23,038 nt of DNA from Nitrospinota bacterium. GTDB lineage: Bacteria; UBA8248. The DNA lies in assembly GCA_046581755.1 (NCBI GenBank), contig JAYGFR010000242.1, forward strand, positions 1-23,038. The letters run 5' to 3'. A program made the position numbers and the translations under genes. Each line of letters begins with the position of its first letter. The first letter of the stretch is position 1. Below, one piece after another: positions 10,950 through 19,372 of the stretch. Below the pieces are notes generated by a model. That model was not told the origin of the DNA. It did no database searches and saw only the letters and a program-made list of their open reading frames with translations.

Positions 10950-11848
10950 AGATATTCGTAACGGGCGGCACGGGCCATGTCGGCGAGTCCGTCTTGCGGC
11001 TGCTCTCGGAGGCCGGCCACGACAGCCGGGTCCTGACGCGCAATCCCGAGTTCGTGCGGGGCCGCGTCGGCAGCATTCCCCGCGTTTACCCCGCCCTGGG
11101 CGACATTACGACCAGCTCCGTCGAAGTCCTGGCGGGGCTGATGGCCAAAATGGAAGCCGTCATCCATATCGTGGGGATCATCATCGAAAAAGGCACCGCG
11201 GGCTTCGAGGCCGTTCACACCGAAGGAACGCGGCGGATTGTCGAGGCGGCGAAGCGGGCGAGGGTGAAGCGATTCGTTCACATGAGCGCCCTCGGCGCGC
11301 GCGAGGGGGCGGCCGCCCGCTATCACCGGACAAAATTCGCCGCCGAGGAGATCGTCCGCGAAAGCGGGCTGGACTGGACCATCTTCCGGCCCTCGATCAT
11401 CTACGGCGAGCGGGACGAATTTCTGAACACCTTCGCCGGAATCGCCCGCCTCCCGCTGCCGCTCCCCATCATCGGCTCGGGCAAGGGGAAGCTTCAGCCG
11501 ATCTGGGTGGAGGACGTGGCCCACTGTTTCGTCAAATCGATCGAGACCGAAGAGACCGTCGGCCAAACGTACGAACTGGGGGGAGACAAGGCCTACTCCA
11601 TCAAGGAAATCATGCGGCTTCTCGTCCGCTCGATGGGTAAGCGCCGGCCCTTCGTTCACCTGCCGGTTCCAATCGCCAGGTTCCAGGCGAAGCTGTTCGA
11701 CCTTCTTCCCGGCAAGCCGCCATTTACGGCGGATCAGGTCACCATGCTCGGCGAGGACAACGTGTGCGATCCCGCTCCGCTCAAGGAGGCGTTCGGCCTC
11801 ACGCTGAGGTCCATGGAAAACTATCTCCAGGAGCGCTTCGGGGGCTAG
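10946..11848 (+). CDS. NAD(P)-dependent epimerase/dehydratase, NDUFA9-like atypical SDR
   Basis: TGGTGHVG Rossmann motif, HMSALGA, YHRTK (YxxxK), RPSIIYG, LQPIWVEDVA; ATGA overlap with truD. Confidence 0.92.
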   Translation: MKIFVTGGTGHVGESVLRLLSEAGHDSRVLTRNPEFVRGRVGSIPRVYPALGDITTSSVEVLAGLMAKMEAVIHIVGIIIEKGTAGFEAVHTEGTRRIVEAAKRARVKRFVHMSALGAREGAAARYHRTKFAAEEIVRESGLDWTIFRPSIIYGERDEFLNTFAGIARLPLPLPIIGSGKGKLQPIWVEDVAHCFVKSIETEETVGQTYELGGDKAYSIKEIMRLLVRSMGKRRPFVHLPVPIARFQAKLFDLLPGKPPFTADQVTMLGEDNVCDPAPLKEAFGLTLRSMENYLQERFGG

Positions 11849-11919
11849 CCTCTCCCCATTTCCTAATAGCTAGTCATGTCCTGCTAGCTCGCCGCGTCCC
11901 GACAAAGGAGAACCGGCGG

Positions 11920-12777
11920 ATGAAAATTCGCGTGCGGGCCGCCCTCTTTTTGGCTGCCCTCTTTTCTTTTTCCGCGGGCTTGTCTGTGGCGGCCCCAAAG
12001 CCCCTGCCCCTTTTCGATACCCACGTACACTACAGCCGGGATGCCTGGGGCGTTTTCGCCCCCGCCCAAATCCTGAAAATCCTCGCGGCGGCGGGCGTGA
12101 AAAGAGCGCTCGTTTCGAGCACTCCCGACGAGGGCACCCTCAAGCTCCACCGGGCCGCTCCCGGCCGCATCGTTCCGATCCTCCGGCCCTACCGCACGCG
12201 GGCGGACGTGTCCGGCTGGACGCGGAGCCAGGAAGTGTTCGAGTACCTGTCCAAGCGGATCGGGCGCGGCATCTACAAGGGTATCGGGGAATTTCATATT
12301 CTCGATGAGGCCGGCGCAAATACGCCACAGATAAAGGGGCTGGTGCGGATCGCCGTCAGGCGGAACATTGTGCTCCAGGTCCACTCCGGAGCCGGGCCGG
12401 TGAGAGCCCTCTTCGCCCATCACCCGAAGCTGAAGATCCTTTGGGCGCACGCGGGGATGAGCGAGCCGCCGGAGGTTGTCGGAAGGGCGATGGATAAATA
12501 CAAAAACCTTTGGGCCGACGTTTCCTTCCGGGCGGGCGATATCGCCCCCGGCGGAAAACTCGATCCGGCCTGGCGGGCGCTGCTCATGCGCCATTCGGAC
12601 CGGTTTTTTTGCGGGACGGACACCTACATCACGGAAAGATGGTCCTTCTACGGCGATCTGGTCGCCGAGCACCGGGTCTGGCTCAGGCAGCTTCCGCGGG
12701 AGGTGGCCGAGAAAATCGCCTACCGGAACGCGGTGCGGCTATTCGGGCGAGGATACGCGGCCGAGTTCTCCGAATAA
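11920..12777 (+). CDS. secreted metal-dependent amidohydrolase-superfamily protein
   Basis: SD AAGGAG before ATG11920; signal peptide MKIRVRAALFLAALFSFSAGLSVAA; DTHVH, GIGEFH, QVHS, WAHAG, GTD motifs. Confidence 0.87.
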   Translation: MKIRVRAALFLAALFSFSAGLSVAAPKPLPLFDTHVHYSRDAWGVFAPAQILKILAAAGVKRALVSSTPDEGTLKLHRAAPGRIVPILRPYRTRADVSGWTRSQEVFEYLSKRIGRGIYKGIGEFHILDEAGANTPQIKGLVRIAVRRNIVLQVHSGAGPVRALFAHHPKLKILWAHAGMSEPPEVVGRAMDKYKNLWADVSFRAGDIAPGGKLDPAWRALLMRHSDRFFCGTDTYITERWSFYGDLVAEHRVWLRQLPREVAEKIAYRNAVRLFGRGYAAEFSE

Positions 12778-12880
12778 AACCGGGGCCAAATAAAACCGGG
12801 CCGAGAGAAACCGCGCGCGCGGCGCGGCACGATCGCGGCTCCGCGCTCCGACGATTTACTCCAATGAGGAAACTATATTC

Positions 12881-14104
12881 ATGACGAAAAACGGGCGCCC
12901 CCCCTTGGACGATCGCCTGAACGCATTCTGCAAGGACAGCGACGCCTATCTCGAAGGGGCGGTGGAAGGCCCGCTTGCCGGGCTGAGCTTCGCGGCGAAG
13001 GATATTTTCGATGTTGCCGGTCACGTCACCGGTGGCGGCAACCCGGACTGGAAGGCGGCTCAAGCACCCGCCGGGCGCACCGCCTGGGCGGTCAAGGTCC
13101 TGAACGAGGCCGGGGCGGCGATGATCGGAAAAACGATCACGGACGAAATCACGCGGGGCATATTCGGCGAAAATGCCCATTACGGTACGCCGGTGAATCC
13201 GCGCGCGCCGGGCCGCGTGCCGGGGGGCTCCTCGAGCGGATCGGCCTCCGCCGTCGCGGGCGGGCTGGCCGATTTCGCGCTGGGCTCGGACACCGGCGGT
13301 TCCGTGCGCGTACCGGCGAGTTTCTGCGGTCTCTACGGCCTTCGGCCCACGCACGGGCGGATATCCTTGGAGGGTGTGCTCCCCCAATCGGCGAGCTTCG
13401 ACACGGTTGGCTGGTTCGCGCGCGACATCGAAATCTTCGTCCGGGCCGGCGCGGTGCTGCTCCAGAGCGATATGGCGGCGGAGCGGCCGAGCCGTCTCGT
13501 CATCGCCGAGGACGCCTTCGAGATCGCGGACAGGGCCGTCGCCGAAGCCCTTGGGCCAATCGCCGAAATGGCGGCGTCCCTGATCGGGGGCTCGGACACC
13601 GAGCGGCTTTCGCTGACGGGTCTCGCCGACTGGCGGGCGCACCAATGGCGGCTGCAGAACCGGGAGGCCTGGGAAACCGTCCGGGACTGGATCGACCGCG
13701 AGAACCCGCGGTTCGCCTTCGATGTTTCCGAAAGGTACGTCTCCGCAGCCGCCATCACGGATGCGGAGACCGAGGCGTCCAGGGCCGTTCAGGCGGATGC
13801 CGCCGGGCGGATGGAAGCCATGCTCGACGGTGGGACCGTGGTTTGTCTGCCGACCACGGCGAGCCCCGCGCCGCCCGTTCGCGAAAGGCACTCCACCCGG
13901 AACGAACTCCGGCCCCGCAACAGCGCGCTGACCTGCATCGCGGGATTTTCCGGCCTGCCGCAGATCAGCCTGCCGCTGGCGGAGGCGGAGGGGCTTCCGG
14001 TGGGCTTTTCGCTGATCGGAGCCAGGGGCGCGGACGAGATGCTCATCGCCTTCGCGCGGGAGATGGAGAACGCGGCGAAGGGGCAGGGCCGGGGTGCGGC
14101 GTGA
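12881..14104 (+). CDS. amidase-signature family amidase
   Basis: AAKD (catalytic Lys), PGGSSSGSA, LGSDTGGSVRVPASFCG, GLPVGFSL. Confidence 0.94.
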   Translation: MTKNGRPPLDDRLNAFCKDSDAYLEGAVEGPLAGLSFAAKDIFDVAGHVTGGGNPDWKAAQAPAGRTAWAVKVLNEAGAAMIGKTITDEITRGIFGENAHYGTPVNPRAPGRVPGGSSSGSASAVAGGLADFALGSDTGGSVRVPASFCGLYGLRPTHGRISLEGVLPQSASFDTVGWFARDIEIFVRAGAVLLQSDMAAERPSRLVIAEDAFEIADRAVAEALGPIAEMAASLIGGSDTERLSLTGLADWRAHQWRLQNREAWETVRDWIDRENPRFAFDVSERYVSAAAITDAETEASRAVQADAAGRMEAMLDGGTVVCLPTTASPAPPVRERHSTRNELRPRNSALTCIAGFSGLPQISLPLAEAEGLPVGFSLIGARGADEMLIAFAREMENAAKGQGRGAA

Positions 14105-14177
14105 AGATGGGATCGGTTCCGCCTTGCAGGTTTTCTCTTTTCGGAAAAAAGCCGCAGGCGCTCTTTTTAGAGAAATC

Positions 14178-15671
14178 TCAGGCGCTCTTGGCGCGGCGCG
14201 CGGCGCCCTCGCCGGCGAGTTTTCCGAACACCGAGCCCGACATCAGCCCCGAGCCGCCGGGATAGTTGTAGTAGAAGAGCCCCCCGACCAATTCTCCGCA
14301 GGCGAACAGGCCCGGTATATCCTTGTTCTCCATATCGAGGACCTGGGCGTCCTTGGTGGTCCGGAGCCCCCCGAAGGTGAAGGTGATCCCGGCGGTCACG
14401 CCGTAGGCCTCGTAGGGAGGGGCGTCCATTTTCTGGGCCCAGTTGGATTTGGGCGGGTCGATGCCCACCGTCTTTTTTCCGTCCAGGATAGCCGGGTTGA
14501 ACGCGGTGTCCTGGACGGCGGCGTTGTACTCCTCGATGGTCTTCACGAAGGCATCGACGTCGATCTCCATCTGCCGGCCAAGCTCTTCCATGGTGTCCGC
14601 CTGGCATTTGGTGACCTCGCGGATACGGTATTCGTCCCGCATGAGCGACAAGCATTTTTGATCGAAGATTTGCCAGGCGATGCGCTTGGGCTGCTTGAGC
14701 ACCCGGCGGCCGTATTCGGCGTAGGTGTAGTTCCGAAAATCCGCGCCCTCGTCCACGAAGCGCTCGCCGTTGACGTTCACGATAAGCCCGAAGGGGTAAG
14801 AGTGCTTCTGGTAGCTCTCGCCCACCTTGCGGTCTCCGAAGGGCGGCGCGCCCAGGTCCCACTGGACGGTGTGGGACGAACTCCAGTGGCCGAACGACTG
14901 GGCGCCGATGTCGAGCGCCATCTGGATTCCCTCGCCCGTGTTGTAGGGGGTGCCGCGCACCTTGGCGAGTTCCCAGTCCGGCCCCAGGTAGCGGCAGCGC
15001 ATCTCGGTGTTCGCCTGAAATCCCCCCGCGCCGAGGACGACCGCCCCGGCCTCGATCTCGTCGGGCCCCTCCGGGCCGCGAACCTCGACGCCGGTGATGA
15101 CTCCCATCCGGTCGGCGATCAGGCGGATGGCTTTCGTCGCGTAGCGGATTTCGATGCCCTCCCGCCCGGCCTGTTCGATCAGGGAATCCACGAGCCCGAC
15201 CCCGCCGCCGACGGCTTCGAGGACGAGCCCGCCCCAGAAGCGCAGCTTGCCATCGACCTTGAAGGCTTGGCGCCCCGACGCCAGTAGAAAGCGGACGTTC
15301 TTGGTGCGGAGCCATTTCATGGCCGGAAGCGAGTTGAATATCAGCGTATTGGCGAGATCGCCGTCGGCCATGTTTTCGGTGAGGCGGTAGAGATCGCTGA
15401 AAAAATCGTCGCTCGTATAGGGCTTGATCTCGACTCCGGCTTTCTCCTCCTCCGAAAGGTCTCCGACGAGATCGAACACCTCCTCCACATTGTCGAACGC
15501 GAAGCGAAAAAGCCCGCCCGTGAAGTAGGAGTTGCCCCCGCGCCATTCCTCGGGCGCCTTTTCGAGCACGAGGACCGAGGCCCCGTTTTCCTTGGCGGCC
15601 ATCGCCGCGCAAAGCGCCGCGTTCCCGCAACCCGCGACCACGACATCGAAACGCTCGCTTCCATCCGCCAT
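14178..15671 (-). CDS. tcuA: FAD-dependent tricarballylate dehydrogenase TcuA-like flavoprotein
   Basis: DVVVAGCGNAALCAA FAD motif, RGGNSYFTGG, GGFQAN, KVRGTPYNTGEG, GERFVDEG, GITFTFGGL, GELVGGLFYYNYPGGSGLMSGSVFG; SD GGAGG. The substrate is not proven. Confidence 0.85.
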   Translation of the reverse strand: MADGSERFDVVVAGCGNAALCAAMAAKENGASVLVLEKAPEEWRGGNSYFTGGLFRFAFDNVEEVFDLVGDLSEEEKAGVEIKPYTSDDFFSDLYRLTENMADGDLANTLIFNSLPAMKWLRTKNVRFLLASGRQAFKVDGKLRFWGGLVLEAVGGGVGLVDSLIEQAGREGIEIRYATKAIRLIADRMGVITGVEVRGPEGPDEIEAGAVVLGAGGFQANTEMRCRYLGPDWELAKVRGTPYNTGEGIQMALDIGAQSFGHWSSSHTVQWDLGAPPFGDRKVGESYQKHSYPFGLIVNVNGERFVDEGADFRNYTYAEYGRRVLKQPKRIAWQIFDQKCLSLMRDEYRIREVTKCQADTMEELGRQMEIDVDAFVKTIEEYNAAVQDTAFNPAILDGKKTVGIDPPKSNWAQKMDAPPYEAYGVTAGITFTFGGLRTTKDAQVLDMENKDIPGLFACGELVGGLFYYNYPGGSGLMSGSVFGKLAGEGAARRAKSA

Positions 15672-15835
15672 GAACCGAAACCTCCGCCTGCATAAAGATA
15701 TAAATCCGCCCCCGATTTCGCCCGATACCCTAAACCATTTATGGGCGGTGATCTATATGCCCGGATGGCGGGGGGAGGCGGCCCGGAGCGGCCGGGGGAC
15801 CGCCGGGCCGGGAGAAGCCCCTCACGAGGAGAGGT

Positions 15836-16042
15836 ATGTCCGGGGAGCCCGGAATATTTGAAAATGAGGCGAGATTGCATTGTTGCCCAGGACCAGAGGG
15901 GCGGTTCGGGTCCAGGGCCGGCCGCCTGGAGGGGAAACCTCGGCGCGGGATGTCATTTGAGGGTAGAATGCCTCCAGTCAAAGAGCCATGCGGGAAATGC
16001 CGGCGAGGGACTATTCAAATTTTGGAGATAATCGAAAAATGA
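15836..16042 (+). CDS. putative small Cys-rich (zinc-ribbon-like) protein, 68 aa
   Basis: Strong SD GAGGAGAGG immediately before ATG; HCC and CGKC motifs; TGA overlaps the nfeD ATG at 16039 (ATGA). Confidence 0.45.
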   Translation: MSGEPGIFENEARLHCCPGPEGRFGSRAGRLEGKPRRGMSFEGRMPPVKEPCGKCRRGTIQILEIIEK

Positions 16043-17220
16043 AAGTCATGAGGTTCTTTGCGGTAAATCCTGCCTTGCGCTTCCGGCCGCTCCTAGTTGC
16101 CCTGTGCCTGGCGTTTTCATGGAGCGCCGCCGCCGGCTCCCAATCGGCATCCCCGCAAAAGGCCTATCTCATTCCCGTCGAAGGCAGTGTCAACTCCCAT
16201 CTCTCGCGGCAGGTCCGGGACGGGCTCGAGAAGGCGAAGTCGCTGGGGGCGAAGGTGGTCATCCTGAAGATCAACACGTTCGGGGGAGAATTGTCCGCGG
16301 CCGTGGAGATACGGGATGCCTTGCTGGATTCTCCCTTGCGCACCATCGCGCTCATTAACAAACGGGCCATATCCGCCGGGGCGCTCGTGGCCCTGGCCAC
16401 CCACGAAATCCTCATGGTGCCGGGCGCCACGATTGGGGCGGCGGCGCCGGTGGAGGGGAACTGGAGAGGGGCGAAACCATCGGGCGAGAAATCGATCAGC
16501 TATTTCCGCAAGGAGATGAAAGCCACGGCGGAGAGCCGGAACCATCCGCTCGCCCTGGCGGAAGCGATGGTGGATCTGGACGTCGCCGTTCCCGGCGTGG
16601 TCAAGAAGGGAAAGCTTTTGACGTTGACCACACAGGAAGCGGTCAAGCTGAAGCTCGCGAAGGAGCAAATCGCGGGCCTGGGCGATCTCATTCGAATGCG
16701 CCATCTCGAAATGGTCTCGGAGAAACCGGCGATAACGCCGAGCCTCGCGGAAAGTTTGCGCGTGAAGGACTGGTTCTCTCAATTCCGTGCCTGGCACGTG
16801 TGGTTTATCGCCGGCCTCGTTTTGGGGGTGGCGGAGATCCTGATTCCGGGATTTTTCATCATGTGGTTCGGGGTAGGAGCGTTCCTCGCCGCTCTCCTGG
16901 CCTGGTTGTCTTTGCCTTGGGCGGTCCAGGCCGGCGCTTTTTTGGCGAGCTCGTTTCTGCTGCTTTTGTCATCGCGGACGATCTTTCGAAGCTTCTTGTT
17001 CAAGAGCCAGGATGACACCCCCACGAATGTGGATGCCCTGACGGGCCAGATCGGCGTCGTCCTGAAAGCCATCGAGGGGGATCTCAAGCCAGGATTGGTG
17101 CAACTCGGGGGAGAGAAGTGGTCGGCCGTCTGCGGGAGTGAAATAAAAATCATAGAAGGCGCCAAGGTGAAAATCCTTGGCGTTACGGGGAATAAAGTAA
17201 GAGTCGAAATGACTTCTTGA
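16039..17220 (+). CDS. NfeD-family protein (ClpP-like serine protease domain + membrane segment + C-terminal OB fold)
   Basis: Signal peptide; INTFGG, AISAGAL (catalytic Ser), GATIGAA, GEK; WFIAGLVLGVAEILIPGFF membrane part; LTGQIG..GLVQLGGEKWSA..GAKVKI OB fold. Start 16039 preferred over 15988. Confidence 0.9.
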   Translation: MKVMRFFAVNPALRFRPLLVALCLAFSWSAAAGSQSASPQKAYLIPVEGSVNSHLSRQVRDGLEKAKSLGAKVVILKINTFGGELSAAVEIRDALLDSPLRTIALINKRAISAGALVALATHEILMVPGATIGAAAPVEGNWRGAKPSGEKSISYFRKEMKATAESRNHPLALAEAMVDLDVAVPGVVKKGKLLTLTTQEAVKLKLAKEQIAGLGDLIRMRHLEMVSEKPAITPSLAESLRVKDWFSQFRAWHVWFIAGLVLGVAEILIPGFFIMWFGVGAFLAALLAWLSLPWAVQAGAFLASSFLLLLSSRTIFRSFLFKSQDDTPTNVDALTGQIGVVLKAIEGDLKPGLVQLGGEKWSAVCGSEIKIIEGAKVKILGVTGNKVRVEMTS

Positions 17221-17242
17221 AACTGCGGAAAGGAGAAACGCA

Positions 17243-18229
17243 ATGGAACTAATTTCGCTGGGAGGCCCGACGGTTTGGATCTGGGTCATATTGGGAGCGG
17301 CCGTTTTGTATACGGCCACGCGGGCGGTTCGGATTGTGCCGCAAGCCTCTGTCTTGGTTGTGGAGAGGCTGGGAAAATATCACAAAATGGCGGAAAGCGG
17401 ATTCAACTTCCTCTGGCCATTTTTGGATCAGGTGCGGCCCATATTCCTCAATGGGAGGGGTTTCCTTTCGATAGATATCCGCGAACAAGTGATCGATTTC
17501 CCTCCGCAGCCGGTCATCACCCGGGACAACGTCACCATGGCGGTGGATACGGTTCTGTATTATCAAATTACGGATCCCATAAAGGCTGTTTATGAAATTG
17601 CGGATCTGGGCAATGCCATTCAGCAACTCACCACCACGACCCTGCGAAACGTCATGGGCGAGCTGGCGCTGGACGAAACACTCACCTCCCGGGAAACGGT
17701 GAACGTCAAATTGCGCGACGTGCTCGACGAAGCCACCGACAAGTGGGGGGTGAAGGTCAACCGGGTGGAATTGAAAAACATCGAGCCCCCCGTAGAGATC
17801 CAAGACGCGATGGCCAAGCAGATGAAGGCGGAGCGCGAGCGGCGCGCCGTCGTGACGGAGGCGGAGGGGACGAAGTCCGCCGCCATTCTGGGGGCGGAGG
17901 GCGAACGCGACGCGGCCATCGCGGAGGCCGAAGGCCAGAAGCGCGCCACCGTCCTGGAGGCGGAAGGCACGGCGGAAGCGCGGCTGAAAATCTCCCAAGC
18001 CGAAGCGGAGGCGCTCGGCCTCGTGAAGGGGGCGCTGGGCGAGGGCAGCGCCGCGAGCTATCTCATCGCCCTGAAGTACCTCGAATCCCTCGAGAAGATC
18101 TCGGGCGGTCAGGCGACCAAGATATTCCTCCCCTTCGAGGCCAGCGGCATTCTCGGCGCCCTGGGCGGCATCCGCGAGATACTCGCCACCGACGGAGAGT
18201 CTTCCGAGGGGTCCCGCGCCAAAGGGTAG
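17243..18229 (+). CDS. SPFH/band-7 stomatin-like protein (paraslipin, QmcA/YbbK type)
   Basis: N-terminal TM, VVERLGKY, DIREQV..PPQPVITRDN, TTLRNVMG, WGVKVNRVE, MAKQMKAERERRA with AEG repeats; SD AAGGAG. Confidence 0.95.
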   Translation: MELISLGGPTVWIWVILGAAVLYTATRAVRIVPQASVLVVERLGKYHKMAESGFNFLWPFLDQVRPIFLNGRGFLSIDIREQVIDFPPQPVITRDNVTMAVDTVLYYQITDPIKAVYEIADLGNAIQQLTTTTLRNVMGELALDETLTSRETVNVKLRDVLDEATDKWGVKVNRVELKNIEPPVEIQDAMAKQMKAERERRAVVTEAEGTKSAAILGAEGERDAAIAEAEGQKRATVLEAEGTAEARLKISQAEAEALGLVKGALGEGSAASYLIALKYLESLEKISGGQATKIFLPFEASGILGALGGIREILATDGESSEGSRAKG

Positions 18230-18235
18230 CGCCCC

Positions 18236-18267
18236 CCGCGGGGGCGGTTCGCAATACGCCCCCGCGG
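18236..18267 (+). terminator. GC-rich 11-bp hairpin after the SPFH stop (possible terminator or recoding signal)
   Basis: CCGCGGGGGCG (18236-18246) pairs with CGCCCCCGCGG (18257-18267), 10-nt loop; only a weak U tract follows. Confidence 0.5.
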
Positions 18268-18601
18268 ATTTCCCCGTTTCATTCTCCGGCATTCCTCAAC
18301 CCAGCGGGAACTCCAAGAAGCCATCGCCCGCCTCATCCGACGCCGCCAGCTGCTGCGGGATGCCAAATTGGAAAGGCTGGAAACGAAATCCGAAAACATC
18401 CTGCGCAAACTGAGAGAATTCGGGTTTAAATCCGTTGCGCATTGGCCAGCCAACGGTTGATGTATTGGGGCAAAATCGGACGGCGGCGCGGGGGTTGGGG
18501 TAAACTGGCCGGGCGCCGGAAATAAGAGGGGCGTTGCCCGGAAACGGACGCCCGGGGGGCCTGCCCGTGAACGATCCGGGGTACCCGTACGGGACGACGC
18601 C

Positions 18602-19372
18602 ATGAAATGGTCATTCGAGCGGAAAATCGGGATTCTGGTTGGATTGTTTTTTTGCGCAATTGCGGGGCTCGTTTTTGTCCCGCCCATTCCGCAATGGAGT
18701 AAGTATCATAACTTAGCGGATTCCCGGAGATGGCTGGAAGTTCCCCACTTCGGCAACGTTATGTCCAACGCCGGGTTTGTCGCCGCCGGGCTCTATGGCT
18801 TGGCGAGAATTTTCCGGGACGGCCTCTTCGACAATTCCCCGGATCGCGTTCCGTATATCGTTTTCTTTGCGGGCGCAGCGCTCGTGGGATTGGGGTCCGG
18901 TTATTATCATTGGGCGCCTTCCAACGAGAGGTTGTTTTGGGATCGGCTTCCGATGACGATCGCATTTATGTCGTTCTTTGCCGCGGTCATTGCGGACCGT
19001 ATCCACAGGCGGGTGGGCCTGGTTTGGTTGTTGCCGATTCTATTGTTCGCGGGCGCCTTCAGTTTGATCTATTGGCAACGGACCGAGGCCGCCGGGGCGG
19101 GAGATTTGCGGTTTTACGGCATGGTGCAGTTTTTCCCCTTGGCGGCGATCCCCGTTATCTTTTGGCTGTTCCGTGATTATCGGTATACGGAGGGAAAACC
19201 CCTTTTATTGGCGATCGGATGGTATGTTGGCTCCAAAATTATGGAGCATTTCGATCTTTTATTATTGGGATTGTCGGGCGGGACCGTCAGCGGGCATTCG
19301 TTAAAACACATGGCCGCGGCGGTGGCGGTATTTTGGGTCTTGCGGATGCTGAACGACGCGCAGAATAGTTGA
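18602..19372 (+). CDS. alkaline-ceramidase-like membrane hydrolase (CREST superfamily)
   Basis: About 7 TM segments; YHNLAD, NVMSN, GSGYYH (SxxxH), WDRLPM, SGHSLKH (HxxxH) metal-binding motifs. Confidence 0.85.
   Translation: MKWSFERKIGILVGLFFCAIAGLVFVPPIPQWSKYHNLADSRRWLEVPHFGNVMSNAGFVAAGLYGLARIFRDGLFDNSPDRVPYIVFFAGAALVGLGSGYYHWAPSNERLFWDRLPMTIAFMSFFAAVIADRIHRRVGLVWLLPILLFAGAFSLIYWQRTEAAGAGDLRFYGMVQFFPLAAIPVIFWLFRDYRYTEGKPLLLAIGWYVGSKIMEHFDLLLLGLSGGTVSGHSLKHMAAAVAVFWVLRMLNDAQNS

Noticed and set aside
11764..11919. N-terminal extension of the amidohydrolase ORF
   Set aside because: Overlaps the SDR gene; the SD and signal peptide point to ATG11920.
14094..15693. 508-aa same-strand and 397-aa antisense ORFs overlapping tcuA
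   Set aside because: Typical stop-poor alternative frames of a GC-rich gene, with no recognisable motifs.
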